Shown in pieces: positions 13,666 through 26,148 of a stretch of DNA of 64,000 nucleotides (the first letter of the stretch is position 1; every line of letters starts with the position of its first letter). The translations under genes and the position numbers were made by a program. The notes under the pieces are model-generated. The model saw only the letters and a program-made list of their open reading frames with translations, did not search any database and was not told the DNA's origin. The stretch is from Octopus vulgaris (taxonomy: Eukaryota): the NCBI GenBank assembly GCA_951406725.2, contig OX597833.1:21018001-21082000 (forward strand), given 5' to 3'.

Positions 13666-14247
13666 ATTGTATAAAGGATTGTGGGTAAGGCCAGAACAAT
13701 GTGAAGTAAATGCAAGGCAAATCACAAGTAAACAAATATATGAATTAATGTAGACTTACCATGCATTTAATATTTCGCATTGTTCTGGCCTTACCCATGA
13801 TCCTTTATACAATATATTCTACACAATGTTTCATAGTAATTATTCCATATATATATTAAGGTGATTCCCACTGAGCATTCTCAACTTCTCTCCTAAATGT
13901 GAGTAGCCCTGTAGCCGCTCTACAAGAAGAACCTGTCTACCAACCCCTTCTCTCAAGCTTTAACCCCTCATCTACTAGCATAGAGGTGCCTGCCTCCCCC
14001 ACCTCAGGTTTTGTGGTCTTGTGCCAGGGGCACAAAAACTGCTCAGCAAATGCTGTAAATAGTAGGCATTTGAAAGGACATTCAGTCATAGAAACCATAC
14101 CAAAAGAGACACAAGTGTACAAAGGAGCCCTTAAACCCATCAGATCCTGTCGAACCTTATCATCCATGTCAGCATGGAACATGGACATTAGATGATGACA
14201 ATGATGATGATGCTATATAAGTGTGTGCATCTATATATATATGTATA

Positions 14248-14789
14248 TGAGCACAACACCCCCCCGTCCAATGGACAGTGCTGAGTTGTCAAACATTTAA
14301 ACCAATTTTCTCAAAACAACTTGTCCGACCGTCCCATAGGCCTCCCCTTTGAGAAATTTGAGACACCCAGCAAAAGAAGAAATAAAGATATACTTTTTTC
14401 TATCCCAAAGAAAAACGATTTTATTCACACAAATATGCAACCGAAGAGTTTAAAGTACCAGTAATGATAAGGCTGTTGACTGGGAGAACACAAACATGGT
14501 TTAAACAGTAAGCTTGGCAGGAAAGAAACATGCCTTTAAGCAGTACAAAAACAACAAAAAAAATGGAAGGTGCAGTTATGTACAGGTTGACGGAAGAAAA
14601 GCAGGACAAAAACTGCTTTATCGATCGCATTCTCACCTGGAATTGATTTTTGTAATTTTTTCAAGACTTATACACGCCCTGATACTGTCGGTATCTACAT
14701 ATCAAATTTGAGCGCAATCGGATGGAGGATGCCCGAGATCCTAGAAGACACACACACACACACAGACAGAACGGATTTTATATAATAGA
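14248..14789 (-). mobile_element. non-autonomous Helitron-like element
   Basis: Minus strand begins A|TCTATTATATAAAA followed by a (GT)n tract; degenerate 3' hairpin CCGTCCAATGGACAG near the other end; terminal CTAG is degenerate. Confidence 0.5.
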
Positions 14790-15822
14790 TATGTCTGTTG
14801 GTATGTATGTATGATTTTTCTTTGAGTTTAATGTAAGTTTTTGAGAGAGTTCAAGCCAGTCACTAACAAAGTTAGTGAGTTAAAAGAGTTCCCAATGTTT
14901 GTAAATATATGGTTGAGTTGGTGTGTTAGTTGAACTGTCGATGCATACACCCAAGCGTGTGCAACTATTCTCATAGAAATCTCAGATGTGGGTATCTTTT
15001 GGAAAGTCTTACAAATCTTCATTGTGCCACTAATTAGATTGAATTTGGAGAATATGCATCAATTTCTTTTGTTCTTTCTCTGTGAAACTGAATATTTGTG
15101 GGTTTTTTGTGTAAATTTGTTGGTGTATGTATGTATGTATGTATGTGTATATATGTATTATTCTGCCGAGAATAATAAATTACAAAATTATCCAGCTGAT
15201 TAGCCTGACAATAAGACAAATATGTTTCTTGTTGCGCACTTCTCAAAAGACAGAACTGTTTACAAGTGAGTTTCAACAACCTAATCAAAACACTGTTAAA
15301 ACTACTAATTCCAAAGTTATCTATTTTCTTAACAATACCAATTTATATAACAAGCACATATACACACAGGAAAATTTATATGACAGAGAACATACACATA
15401 CAAACACACATGCTCATAAATCCATACAGTTACGCTGTACAATTAAATATAATCACAATGGCATTTATTTTTTCAAGTACTCAGCATGCAAACAGAAGTG
15501 TGTGTATATAAAGACGTACAGATATATATTTACAAGCATGTATATATTACATGCAATCACAGTTGCCATCAGCTTTTTTAGCATTTTCTGTTCTATGATG
15601 GCTCTAATTACAGGAATCTCTGTCCATTCTAGAAACATTTTTTAATTGATGTCAGCTCACCATCCAGCTGCCAGTATACACATACATACTTATTTACATA
15701 TACATATATACATGATCATTGCTGATTAACACACAGAAATGCATTGATCAAGGAGTATCTGAAGACCCGGTGGTGGTGTGTTAAGCTGAATAACTAAGCA
15801 AATCTACTTCCCCCATACATAC

Positions 15823-16229
15823 TCTTTTATTCTTTTACTTGTTTCAGTCATTTGACTGTGGCCATGCTGGAGCACTGCCTTTAATCGAGCAACTCGACCC
15901 TGGGACTTATTCTTTTGTAAGCCCAGTACTTATTCTATCGGTCTCTTTTGCCGAACCGCTAAGTAACAGGGACATAAACACTCCAGCATCGGTTGTCAAG
16001 CAATGCTAGGGGAACAAACACAGACACACAAACACACACACGCACATATATATATACATATATACGACAGGCTTCTTTCAGTTTCCGTCTACCAAATCCA
16101 CTCACAAGGCTTTGGTCGGCCCGAGGCTATAGTAGAAGACACTTGCCCAAGGTGCCACGCAGTGGGACTGAACCCTGAACCATGTGGTTTGTAAACAAGC
16201 TACTTACCACGCAGCCACTCCTGCGCCTA
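15823..16229 (-). mobile_element. tRNA-derived SINE family A, full length
   Basis: Head GGCGCAGGAGTGGCTGCGTGG (A box) and GGTTCAGTCCC (B box); tail GAAACAAGTAAAAGAATAAAAGAG. Confidence 0.9.
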
Positions 16230-16371
16230 TACATACATAACTGGAACTGTACAAATCTGTAGAACTTTCCAGACATTTGTCATTTAAGTATCTATGAGCA
16301 TGTCTAGACATGCAACTATATGCATGAGAATACATACATAAAACAAAACATACAAATCTGCACATATGGTT

Positions 16372-16751
16372 GACACTCCGTCGGTTACGATGACGAGGGT
16401 TCCAGTTGATCCGATCAACGGAACAGCCTGCTTGTGAAATTAACGTGCAAGTGGCTGAGCACTCCACAGACATGTGTACCCTTAACATAGTTGTTGGGGA
16501 GATTCAGCATGACACAGAGTGTGACAAGGGTGGCCCTTTGAAATACAGGTAGAACAGAAACAGGAAGAAAGAGTGAGAGAAAGTTGTGGTGAAAGAGTAC
16601 AGCAGGGCTCACCCCCCGCCCCCTGCCGGAGCCTTGTGAAACTTTAGGTGTTTTCGCTTAATAAACACTCACAACGCCCGGTCTGGGAATCGAAACCACG
16701 ATCCCACGACCGCGAGTCCGCTGCCCTAACCACTGGGCTATTGTGCCTCCC
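16372..16751 (-). mobile_element. tRNA-derived SINE family C, full length
   Basis: tRNA-like head with B box GTTTCGATTCCC; 3' half shared with family D. Confidence 0.85.
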
Positions 16752-17169
16752 TCTGCACATATATATACAAAAAATACCTGATATTGTTAAAATTTTAATG
16801 AAGGAGTCTTGGATCAATGTTCGAAAGCGGTTCTTTCTCTATTGGCATGAAATCTGGAAATAAAACTGAACAATGACATACATACATATATAGTGAAGGC
16901 AGATGGCCTAGTAGTTAGGGTATTGCACTTATGAATGCTAGATTGTAAGTTCAATTCCTGGACCGAGTAGTGTGTTGTGTTCCTGAGCAAAACACTTCAT
17001 TTCATGTTGTTCCAGTTCACTCAGGTGTAAATGGTAGCCCCATGACAAAGGGAATGGAGGAAAGTTGGCCTGTTCCCTTAGCCAGCGGGTTGGCATTATT
17101 TGAAAGCTAAAATGATGCAAGGTGCCTTATAACCAGTGATACAAAACAACATCTGATAGTCTGGTCATT

Positions 17170-17218
<49 letters not shown>

Positions 17219-17225
<7 letters not shown>

Positions 17226-17581
17226 GAAAGAATTATCGCTATGGACTCCGAGTGGGCAGTCATCTAAGAGTTTTTGTTCATCTTGATGCTGACATAAATT
17301 CCTTGTTTCTCCTGATGAGAAGGCAGCATAATGCACCCCTTATTCCTTCGAAATTAGGAATATGCAGCCTTCGAAACATATGTCGAGAATAAAGGAATTT
17401 TGTTAAATCGTCGTTCAACTCCATTCTTTCATTTATTTGTATTAAAAAACACATAAATTTCCACACAAAAGCACGTGATCTCTGTCCTTGGCATGTAGCT
17501 TCAACCGTGTTTTTCTGATGTGAATTTGCTACCAGGTATCGGTTAACCGAATTATCCATACTAGGATAATTCATTCAACTA

Positions 17582-17584
<3 letters not shown>
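17219..17584 (+). mobile_element. ORF-less ~365-bp unit between (TA)n tracts carrying a hammerhead ribozyme (solo Penelope pLTR or retrozyme monomer)
   Basis: Flanked by (TA)n on both sides; contains a canonical HHR. Confidence 0.65.
17292..17403 (+). ncRNA. type I hammerhead ribozyme, canonical core, extended stem I
   Basis: Stem I AAATTCCTT-GT-TTCTC / GAGAA-TA-AAGGAATTT; CTGATGA at 17312-17318; stem II GAAGGC/GCCTTC plus GCATA/TATGC; GAAA at 17373-17376; palindromic ACATATGT stem III; GUC site, cleavage after 17384. Confidence 0.88.
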
Positions 17585-17629
<45 letters not shown>

Positions 17630-17807
17630 TCTATCTATCTTTATATATGTGTGTGTGTGTGTCTTTGTTTGTCCCCCAACACCACTTGACAACTGGTGCT
17701 GGTATGTTTATATCCTTATAAGTTAGAATAAATTCCAGGATCAACTGAAAATTCTTCAAGGCAGTGCCTCAGCATGGCTACAGCCTAATGGCTTAAACAA
17801 GTAAAAG

Positions 17808-17842
<35 letters not shown>

Positions 17843-17952
17843 GGTTAATGAGAGCCGTCTCTCAACATAACGAACACTGTGAAAGTGACCATACTTTATC
17901 AGTAAGCTACCGGGTATAAATGATTTGTTTTATTATCTAATATCTAATTATT

Positions 17953-18140
17953 TTACTCTTTTACTTGTTTCAGTCATTTGACTGTGGCCATGCAGGAGCA
18001 CCACCTTTTAGTCAAGCAAATCGACCCCAGGACTTATTCTTTGTAAGCCTAGTACTAAGTATCAGTCTCTTTCACCGAACTACTAAGTTACAGGGATGCA
18101 AACACACCACCATCGGTTTTCAAGGGATGTTGGGGGACAA

Positions 18141-18173
<33 letters not shown>

Positions 18174-18359
18174 CACACACACATATACATATATACAATG
18201 GACTTCTTTCAGTTTCCGTCTACCAAATCCACTCACAAGGCTTTGGTCAGCCTGAGGCTATAGTAGAAGACACTTGCCCAAGGTGCGATGCAGTGGGACT
18301 GAACCCAGAACCATGTGGTTGGTAAGCAAGCTACTTACCACACAGCCACACCTGCGCCT
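17953..18359 (-). mobile_element. tRNA-derived SINE family A
   Basis: Matches the other family A copies. Confidence 0.85.
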
Positions 18360-18460
18360 ATGTATATATATATATATATATGCTTTATTTAAAGCAGCAG
18401 AAAATTCTACAAAACCTGTTACTCTGAGTTTCGCGTTGCCGTTTACTCCGGTATATATAT

Positions 18461-20657
18461 CATCATCATCATCATCATCATCATCGTTTAACGTCCGCTT
18501 TCCGCGCTAGCACGGGTTGGACGGTTTGACCGGGTCTGGGAAGCCAGGGGCCGCACCAGGCTCCAGTCTGAATCTGGCAGAGTTTCTACGGCTGGATGCC
18601 CTTCCTAACGCCAACCACTCCGTGAGTGGATTGGGTGCTTTTTACGTGCCACCTGCACAGGGGCCGGAGGGTCCGGCATCGTCACGATCGGTTCGAGCAT
18701 TTTAACGTGTCAGCGGCACGGGGGCAACGAGGTCCGGGGTACTTTGGGGATCCAGGGTACTTTGGGGATCCGGGGTACTTAGAATGAGTAGGGGGTATGT
18801 GGAATTGCTGCAGAAAGCAGCCCGGGTCTTTGTAGTCACAGCATTTATCGTCACTGAGTAACGTAATTAGGTAGAGGAAAGAAATACAGATATTCTAGAG
18901 TTGAGTTGGGGAGGGGAGGTCCAGTTGAGGCGGGTAATATAGGAGAGCAACCAGTGGGGAAGGTTGGGGTAAGGAGGAACGATGGCAGGAAGGGTTGGTG
19001 TAGGTTCCTAAGAAATAAAGACATTCGTTATCGTCACTGAGTAACGTTATTAGGTAGAGGAAAGAATACAGATATTCTAGAGTTGAGTTGGGGAGGGGGG
19101 TCCAGTTGAGGTGGGTAATATAGGGGAGCAACCAGTGGGGAAGGTTGGGGTAAGGAGGAACGATGGCAGGAAGGGTTGGTGTAGGTTCCTAAGAAATAAA
19201 AACGTAGGATATTACGAGGCGGGAGGGTGCTAAAGGGGATAGTCGGAATGAGGCAGTGTCAGGAGGAAGCGTAAGATCGGTGGGCAGTTGATGAGCTATG
19301 GCGCTAGCAGCTTGTCTTTTCACAGTGAAAGCATATGAGGAGAAGGGGTAGTGGGGGGAGGAGGAGGGAGTAGGGCGTACCCGGTGTAGATGAGTAAGGC
19401 GTATCCGGTGTAGATGGTGAGGACAGGGTATACTGGTATTGGTGGTGGGGGGTGAGGAACAGTGTTCACCGGTATTGGTGGTGTTGGCGGTGAGAACAGT
19501 GTTCACCGGTATTGGTGGTGGGGGTGAGAACAGTGTTCATCGGTATTGGTGGTGGGGGTGGGGGGCGGGCGCACCGCCAATGGCTGAAAGATGGGAAGAG
19601 ATGGGATTACGGCTTGAGGTAGCCTAGCCTAAGGTTAAATTTTGTAGAGAGAGAGATAGAAAGATAAATCAAGTTATGGCGAAGGCTTGAAAGTAGCCTA
19701 AAAAGGTTAAATTTTCGTAACAATGTATGAATAAACGTAGTAACAACGAATAAAATAGTAAGATAAATTTTTAAGAACTTGCTGCGGACATCGATCGGGA
19801 GTTGAAATTGAAGAAGAAAGTAAGTTGAATTGGGAATTTAAATTGTAGAATCGTAATGGTAAGAGGAGGAAAAGACCGCCAATGGCTGAAAGATGGGAAG
19901 AGATGGGATTACGGCTTGAGGTAGCCTAGCCTAAGGTTAAATTTTGTAGAGAGAGAGATAGAAAGATAAATCAAGTTATGGCGAAGGCTTGAAAGTAGCC
20001 TAAAAGGTTAAATTTTCGTAACAATGTATGAATAAACGTAGTAACAACGAATAAAATAGTAAGATAAATTTTTAAGAACTTGCTGTGGACATCGATCGGG
20101 AGTTGAAATTGAAGAAGAAAGTAAGTTGAATTGGGAATTTAAATTGTAGAATCGTAATGGTAAGAGGAGGAAAAAGACCGCCAATGGCTGAAAGATGGGA
20201 AGAGATGGGATTACGGCTTGAGGTAGCCTAGCCTAAGGTTAAATTTTGTAGAGAGAGAGATAGAAAGATAAATCAAGTTATGGCGAAGGCTTGAAAGTAG
20301 CCTAAAAAGGTTAAATTTTCGTAACAATGTATGAATAAACGTAGTAACAACGAATAAAATAGTAAGATAAATTTTTAAGAACTTGCTGCGGACATCGATC
20401 GGGAGTTGAAATTGAAGAAGAAAGTAAGTTGAATTGGGAATTTAAATTGTAGAATCGTAATGGTAAGAGGAGGAAAAGACCGCCAATGGCTGAAAGATGG
20501 GAAGAGATGGGATTACGGCTTGAGGTAGCCTAGCCTAAGGTTAAATTTTGTAGAGAGAGAGATAGAAAGATAAATCAAGTTATGGCGAAGGCTTGAAAGT
20601 AGCCTAAAAAGGTTAAATTTTCGTAACAATGTATGAATAAACGTAGTAACAACGAAT
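18461..20657 (-). mobile_element. composite non-autonomous element: RTE-type 3' tail plus tandem-repeat-rich 5' region
   Basis: (GAT)n RTE tail at 18461-18720, 2 x ~182-bp repeat at 18845-19200 and 3.6 x 302-bp repeat at 19573-20657; bounded by TA tracts. Confidence 0.55.
19573..20657. repeat. 302-bp tandem repeat, 3.6 near-identical copies
   Basis: Units start with ACCGCCAATGGCTGAAAG at 19573, 19875, 20177 and 20479. Confidence 0.95.
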
Positions 20658-21206
20658 ATATATATATATATACACCCACACACGTACATACATGTGTATG
20701 TCTGTACATGTATGCATGTGATTGCATCTCCTTATTGCTTGCTAGCTGTAAACAAGTGTCACTGTCACACAAGCATTCATGTTATACATTCCTGACCATT
20801 GGGGAAATATTACCTTGTTTAGAGACCTGTGAGGGTTTAGCAACAGGAAGGGCAATCTGGCTGTGGAAAATTCACTCTGAGAAACTCCGTCCAACCCATA
20901 CAAGCATGAAAAAATGGACATTAAAACAACGACGATAATGATAATGAAGATGATGATGATGATGACGAAGATGATGACAGCAAAAGAGTGAATGTTTTGC
21001 ATAACCATGCGATATAACTTAACTGCTTTGTGTGTAATTATGTAATACAACTTATATCAAATCTGTTTCTGTAGTTGATGTAAATTATGTAAATAAACAT
21101 AGGATGAGTTGTATAAATGACCTAACACAAATTTGTCTAATTTTGTCTTTGACAACTACTTGTTTATTTCAGACACCACCTGCAACAAATATACATATAT
21201 ACACAG

Positions 21207-21262
<56 letters not shown>

Positions 21263-22251
21263 GAAAAATACAAACTGGGACAAGAACGTAAAACATTTAG
21301 AAGACGATACAAAAAACACGGACGGGACATTCGAAGCCTTCAATCTTCAGTCAAGAACCGGATCATCCTAGCAATTTCGGCTGATTAATCTTGAGATCGC
21401 TCCGATCCGGCCAGCCCCAAGGAAAACACTAAGCTACGAGCATTAGATTTCTTGGAAAAAGGATCGAATGTATACGAAACAAGGACAGAAAAACGGACGA
21501 TGCCACACGAATATAAATACAAAAAACAATAAAGTAAAAACAGGAAAAAAACAGCGGGTGTCTTACGGCTAATAGACAGTACAACTTTGTTTAGCTGGTG
21601 TATTTGGAAAAAAATGCCTTTTTCGGCAGACAAAGACAATGATGTTCTCATGGCGCTGGTTAGAAGCCTGAAGGCTGGTTGACCAGCGGTCATGTGAGAG
21701 GAGAAGAGAGAGAAAAAAAAGGGGGCAAAGTAATCAAAGAGAGAGAGAAAAAGAGGAACGAAGGCAACAAAGGGGGGAGAAGAGAGAGAAGGAAGGAATT
21801 AAAGAGGGGAGAAGAAGGAGAGTGCCAAGGATTGGCTTGGCGACAGAATCAGTGAGTGCAAAGTGAGAAAGACAGAGAAATGTGAGAGAGTGGGGGAAGA
21901 GTAGACCAAAGAATCAGAGGCAAGAAAAGAGAAAGGGAGGAGGAGAAGTAGAGAGAGAGAGAAAGAGACAGATCAAAGTAGAGTGCAAAGTGTGAAAGGC
22001 AGAGAAATGTAGGAGAGAGAGAGACAGTATTATAGAGTCGTACCAAATTTTAAGGAATATGTACTTACATAAGGCCAAATATAAACATTTTTTAGTAATG
22101 AGATAAAAAACCAAGGCTGTGTAGAGACCAACAGGACAAGTTGCAGACATAATAAAAATAAAGTGGTGCCCCAGCGTGGCCGCAGTTCAAAGACTGAAAC
22201 AAGTAAAAGACAAGAAATAAAAGAGAAAAAGATATAAAACCAGAAACCAAC

Positions 22252-22561
22252 CTCCAAAATTGTCTTCATCAAGATCTGCATCCTTTTTGTCTCCAGAAGA
22301 AAGATTCTGTTTTCTCAAGGAAGATTTCAGACCAGCAATAAGTTCAGCAAGCAGTTTCTGGAGTTGAGGGTCCATCAGCTGATTCCAGTTTGTGTCCTCA
22401 AGAAATACTGGGGCATAAAGGCTTTTGATGACATGGTAGAATGTATTGAAAGGGGAATCAATGATGGAAGAGATACAGATGTTATTGTGTAGGTTATCAG
22501 GAGTTATAACTTCCAGTCTTAGCTTGAAGAATATTAAAACCTCTGACGGTACTCTGTCAAC
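22252..22561 (-). CDS. DYNC2H1: cytoplasmic dynein 2 heavy chain 1, second coding exon
   Basis: VDRVPSEVLIFFKLRLEVITPDNLHNNICISSIIDSPFNTFYHVIKSLYAPVFLEDTNWNQLMDPQLQKLLAELIAGLKSSLRK resembles human VLVFFKLRPEVITDENLHDNILVSSMLESPISSLYQAVRQVFAPMLLKDQEWSRNFDPKLQNLLSELEAGL (recalled); polypyrimidine-CTAG acceptor, phase 0 in; GT donor, phase 1 out. Confidence 0.92.
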
Positions 22562-22780
22562 CTAGATTGTGAAAAAAGAAAAGATATTTTGATGTAAACC
22601 TAGGTTTATATCACAAAGGAATAAAAAAAAATATAGACATGGCTGTGTGGTAAGAAGCTTGCTTCCCACATAGTTGCAGGTTCAGTCCCACTCTGTGGCA
22701 CCTTGGATTGACCAAAACCTTTGTGAGTGGATTTGGTAGACAGAAACTGAGAAAAGCACGTTTAATATATTCTCTCTTTT

Positions 22781-23176
22781 TCTCTTTTCTCTTCTACTTG
22801 TTTCAGTCATTTGACTGCGGCCATGCTGAAGCACCGCCTTTTAATTGAGCAACTCAACCCCGGGACTTATTCTTTGTAAGCCCAGTACTTATTCTATCGG
22901 TATCTTTTTGCCGAACCGCTAAGTGACGGGGACATAAACACACCAGCATCGGTTGTCAAGCAATGCTAGGAGGACAAACACACACACACATACATACACA
23001 CATATATATATACATATATACGACAGGCTTCTTTCAGTTTCCATCTACCAAATCCACTCACAAGGCTTTGGTCGGCCCGAGGCTATAGTAGAAGACACTT
23101 GCCCAAGGTGCCACGCAGTGAGACTGAACCCGGAACCATGAGGTTGGTAAACAAGCTACTTACCACACAGCCACTC
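22781..23176 (-). mobile_element. tRNA-derived SINE family A
   Basis: Matches the other family A copies. Confidence 0.85.
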
Positions 23177-23684
23177 ATATATCAATAATAATAATATGGT
23201 AATATAATTCTCTCCCTGATAGTAAACTGCAGTTTCTGTGGAATTTTACTCATTGGCACAGGTGGGTGAGTGAGGAGGAAAGCGAGATCTCATTTGTCTG
23301 TTTGAATTCAGAAGTACTGGTCTTTGGAAATAAGCTGTTTGATGTTGCTTGGTCAAATACGTATGTTAATTATCAGTGCTCTCAAATTTAAAATTTGAAT
23401 TACTGTGCTGATGGGGAGAATGAGAGAGCAGAAATATGATTTTACATTTTTCACATCTCTCTAATTCCGAAACGCATATACAGTTAATCAGAGCCTGGTA
23501 GATTCGTTATTTTTTTCTCTTTACCTGTGTGGGTTGTTGAGTATTGCTGTCTGGGAGATATCTTATAGTAGTAAAATAGTAGTTTTTAGCTGCTATTTCT
23601 AAATTTTGGTATGTGGTGAAGCAAATTTTGCTGAATCCTAATTATAATTATACTCATAATTATAGAATTTATATACATATATCA

Positions 23685-25157
23685 TATTCGTTTAACATCC
23701 GCTTTCCATGCTAGCATGGGTTGGACAGTTCAACTGGGGTCTGTGAAGCCTGAAGGCTGCACCAGGCCAGTCAGATCTGGCAGTGTTTCTACAGCTGGAT
23801 GCCCTTCCTAACGCCAACCACTCCGAGAGTGTAGTGGGTGATTTTATGTGCCACCGACACAGGTGCCAGACGAGGCTGGTGAACGGCCATGCTTGGATGG
23901 TGTTTTTTACGTGCCACCAGCACGTAGGCCAGTCAATGCGGTACTGGCTATGGCCACGTTCGGATGGTTTTCGTATGTGCCACCACAAAACTACAAATTC
24001 CATTAATGTTCATCGAGTTTGCTTTTGATTTTGTCCATTTTCACTTGCCTCAACAGGTCTTCACAAGTAGAGTTATGTGTCCCAAGAAGGAAGGTATGCA
24101 TAGGTGCACTGACTATGTTCCAGGTAGGGGCCATGGGTTATGGCCTCACTTGTCCAGCCGGGTCTTCTCACGCACAGCATACTTCCAAAGGTCTCGGTCT
24201 CTGGTCATTTCCTCGGTGAGACCTAAAGAGCGAAGGTCGTTCTTCACCACCTCGTCCCAGGTTTTCCTGGGTCTGCCTCTTCCACAGGTTCCCTCAACCG
24301 CCAGGGTGTGGCACTTTTTCACACAACTACCTTCATCCATTCTTACTACGTGTCCATACCAGCGTAGACGCCTCTCTTGCACACCACATCTGATGCTTCT
24401 TAGGTCCAACTTTTCTCTCAAGGCACTTACACTCTGTCTGGTATGAACACTGACATTACACATCCAACGGAGCATACTGGCTTCATTTCTTGCAAGCTTA
24501 CGCATATCCTCAGCAGTCACGGCCCTTGTTTCACTGCCATGTAGCATGGCTGTTCGCACACATGCGTCATACAGTCTGCCTTTTACGCTGAGCGAGAGGC
24601 CTTTTGTCACCAGCAGGGGTAAGAGCTCTCTGAACTTTGCCCAGGCTATTCTTACTCTAGCAGTTACACTTTCGGCACACCCACCCTCGCTACTGACTTG
24701 GTCACCTAGGTAACAGAAACTATCAACTATTTTAAGTTTTTCTCCCTGGAATGTGGCGGAAGATGGTCTCTGCGCACTTTCAGTGTTTATTGCACCAGAG
24801 CATCTGCCACATACAAAAACTATTTTCCTAGTTAGCCTTCCTTTGACATTGCTGCACCTCTTATGTGTCCATAGCTTACACTTCGTGCATCTTATAGAGT
24901 TCCTACCTACGCCTTTTCTACAGATCGAGCAGGGCCATCTACCTGATGGCGTTTGAAATTTGTCTACCTTCCTACTTATTAGGACTTTGGTTTTAGCTAG
25001 ATTGACTCTAAGGCCCTTCGATTCTAATCCTTGCTTCCACACCTGAAACTTCTCCTCGAGTTCCGATAGTGATTCAGCAATTAGAGCAAGGTCATCAGCA
25101 TAGAGGAGCTCCCAGGGGCATCCTGTCTTGAATTCCTCCGTTATTGCCTGGAGGACT

Positions 25158-25160
<3 letters not shown>
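23685..25160 (-). mobile_element. RTE-clade LINE, 5'-truncated, open RT C-terminal half plus 3' UTR
   Basis: Uninterrupted frame 24146-25160: GCPWELLYADDLAL, DSFCYLGD, RRLRWYGHVVRM, GRGRPRKTW; 3' UTR ends in the tail shared with the short RTE-tail repeats. Confidence 0.92.
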
Positions 25161-25188
<28 letters not shown>

Positions 25189-25811
25189 CACGTATACACG
25201 TATGTATGTATGTGTGTGTATATGTCTTTGTGCCTGTGTTTGTTGTCCCATCACTGCTTGACAACTGGTGTTAGGGTGTTTATGTCCCCATAACTTAGCA
25301 ATTTTGCAAAAAGACCGATAGAATAGTCTTAAAAAATAAGTACTGGGGTTGACTTATTTGACTAAAACCCCCTCAAGGCTGTGCTCCAGCATGGCTACTG
25401 TCAGATGACTGAAATGAGTAAAAGAATAAAACAGAATAAACTGCATCAAAAAATTGTCAGAATATTCTGTGGATTGCAGAAGTATAACTAATTCATTGCA
25501 CATAAAGTTTAACAACAAAATCTTATAATGAACTCCCAAGGGTCATGTGGACCCCAGTTGAGAACTACTGATATAGGTTATAAATTAGTTCAGATAGTTG
25601 GTCTTTCCCCATTGTTGTTCAACAGTATTGCAGACACAGTAACCTAACCCCTCTGCTGTGCTTGAGCTGTTTCCAGAAGCAAATGCCTCAACTCAAACAC
25701 TCTTATCATTTCTCCACTCATGCATATACCATGAAGGAAAGACAAGTCAATACATCTACAGCATCAATGAAGACACAGGAGTTGCCAAATATTGGTTAAG
25801 TATAACCACAT

Positions 25812-26148
25812 AGTGAAGGCGCATGGCTCAGTGGTTAGAGCGTCGAGCTTACGATCGTGAGGTTGTGAGTTGAAATCCCAGACTGGCTACATGTTGTGTT
25901 CTTGAGCAAGACACTTTATTTCACGTTGCTCCAGTTCACTCAGCTGTAGAAATGAGTTGCGACATCACTGGTGCCAAGCTGTATCGGCCTTTGCCTTTCC
26001 CATGAATAACATCAGTGGCGTGAAGAGGGGACGCTGATATGCCTGGGCGACTGCTGGTCTTCCATAAACAACCTTGCCTGGACTTGTGCCTGAGAGGGTA
26101 ACTTCCTAGGTGCAATCCCATGGTCAGTCATGACCGAAGGGGGTCTCA
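25812..26148 (+). mobile_element. tRNA-derived SINE (family D head, alternative tail)
   Basis: GTGAAGGCGCATGGCTCAGTGGTTAGAGC head; CORE-like GTGTTCTTGAGCAAGACACTT. Confidence 0.75.

Noticed and set aside
13755-13825. Strong minus-strand GTAAGT donor as a possible exon end
   Set aside because: In-frame stop in the required phase and no dynein similarity
15823-16751. tRNA-like A/B boxes as tRNA genes
   Set aside because: They are SINE heads continuous with repeat bodies, with no complete cloverleaf
21320-21430. HHR-like pieces in a pLTR-like repeat
   Set aside because: GGCTG/CAGCC-GAAA is present, but the CUGANGA box is missing from the expected position
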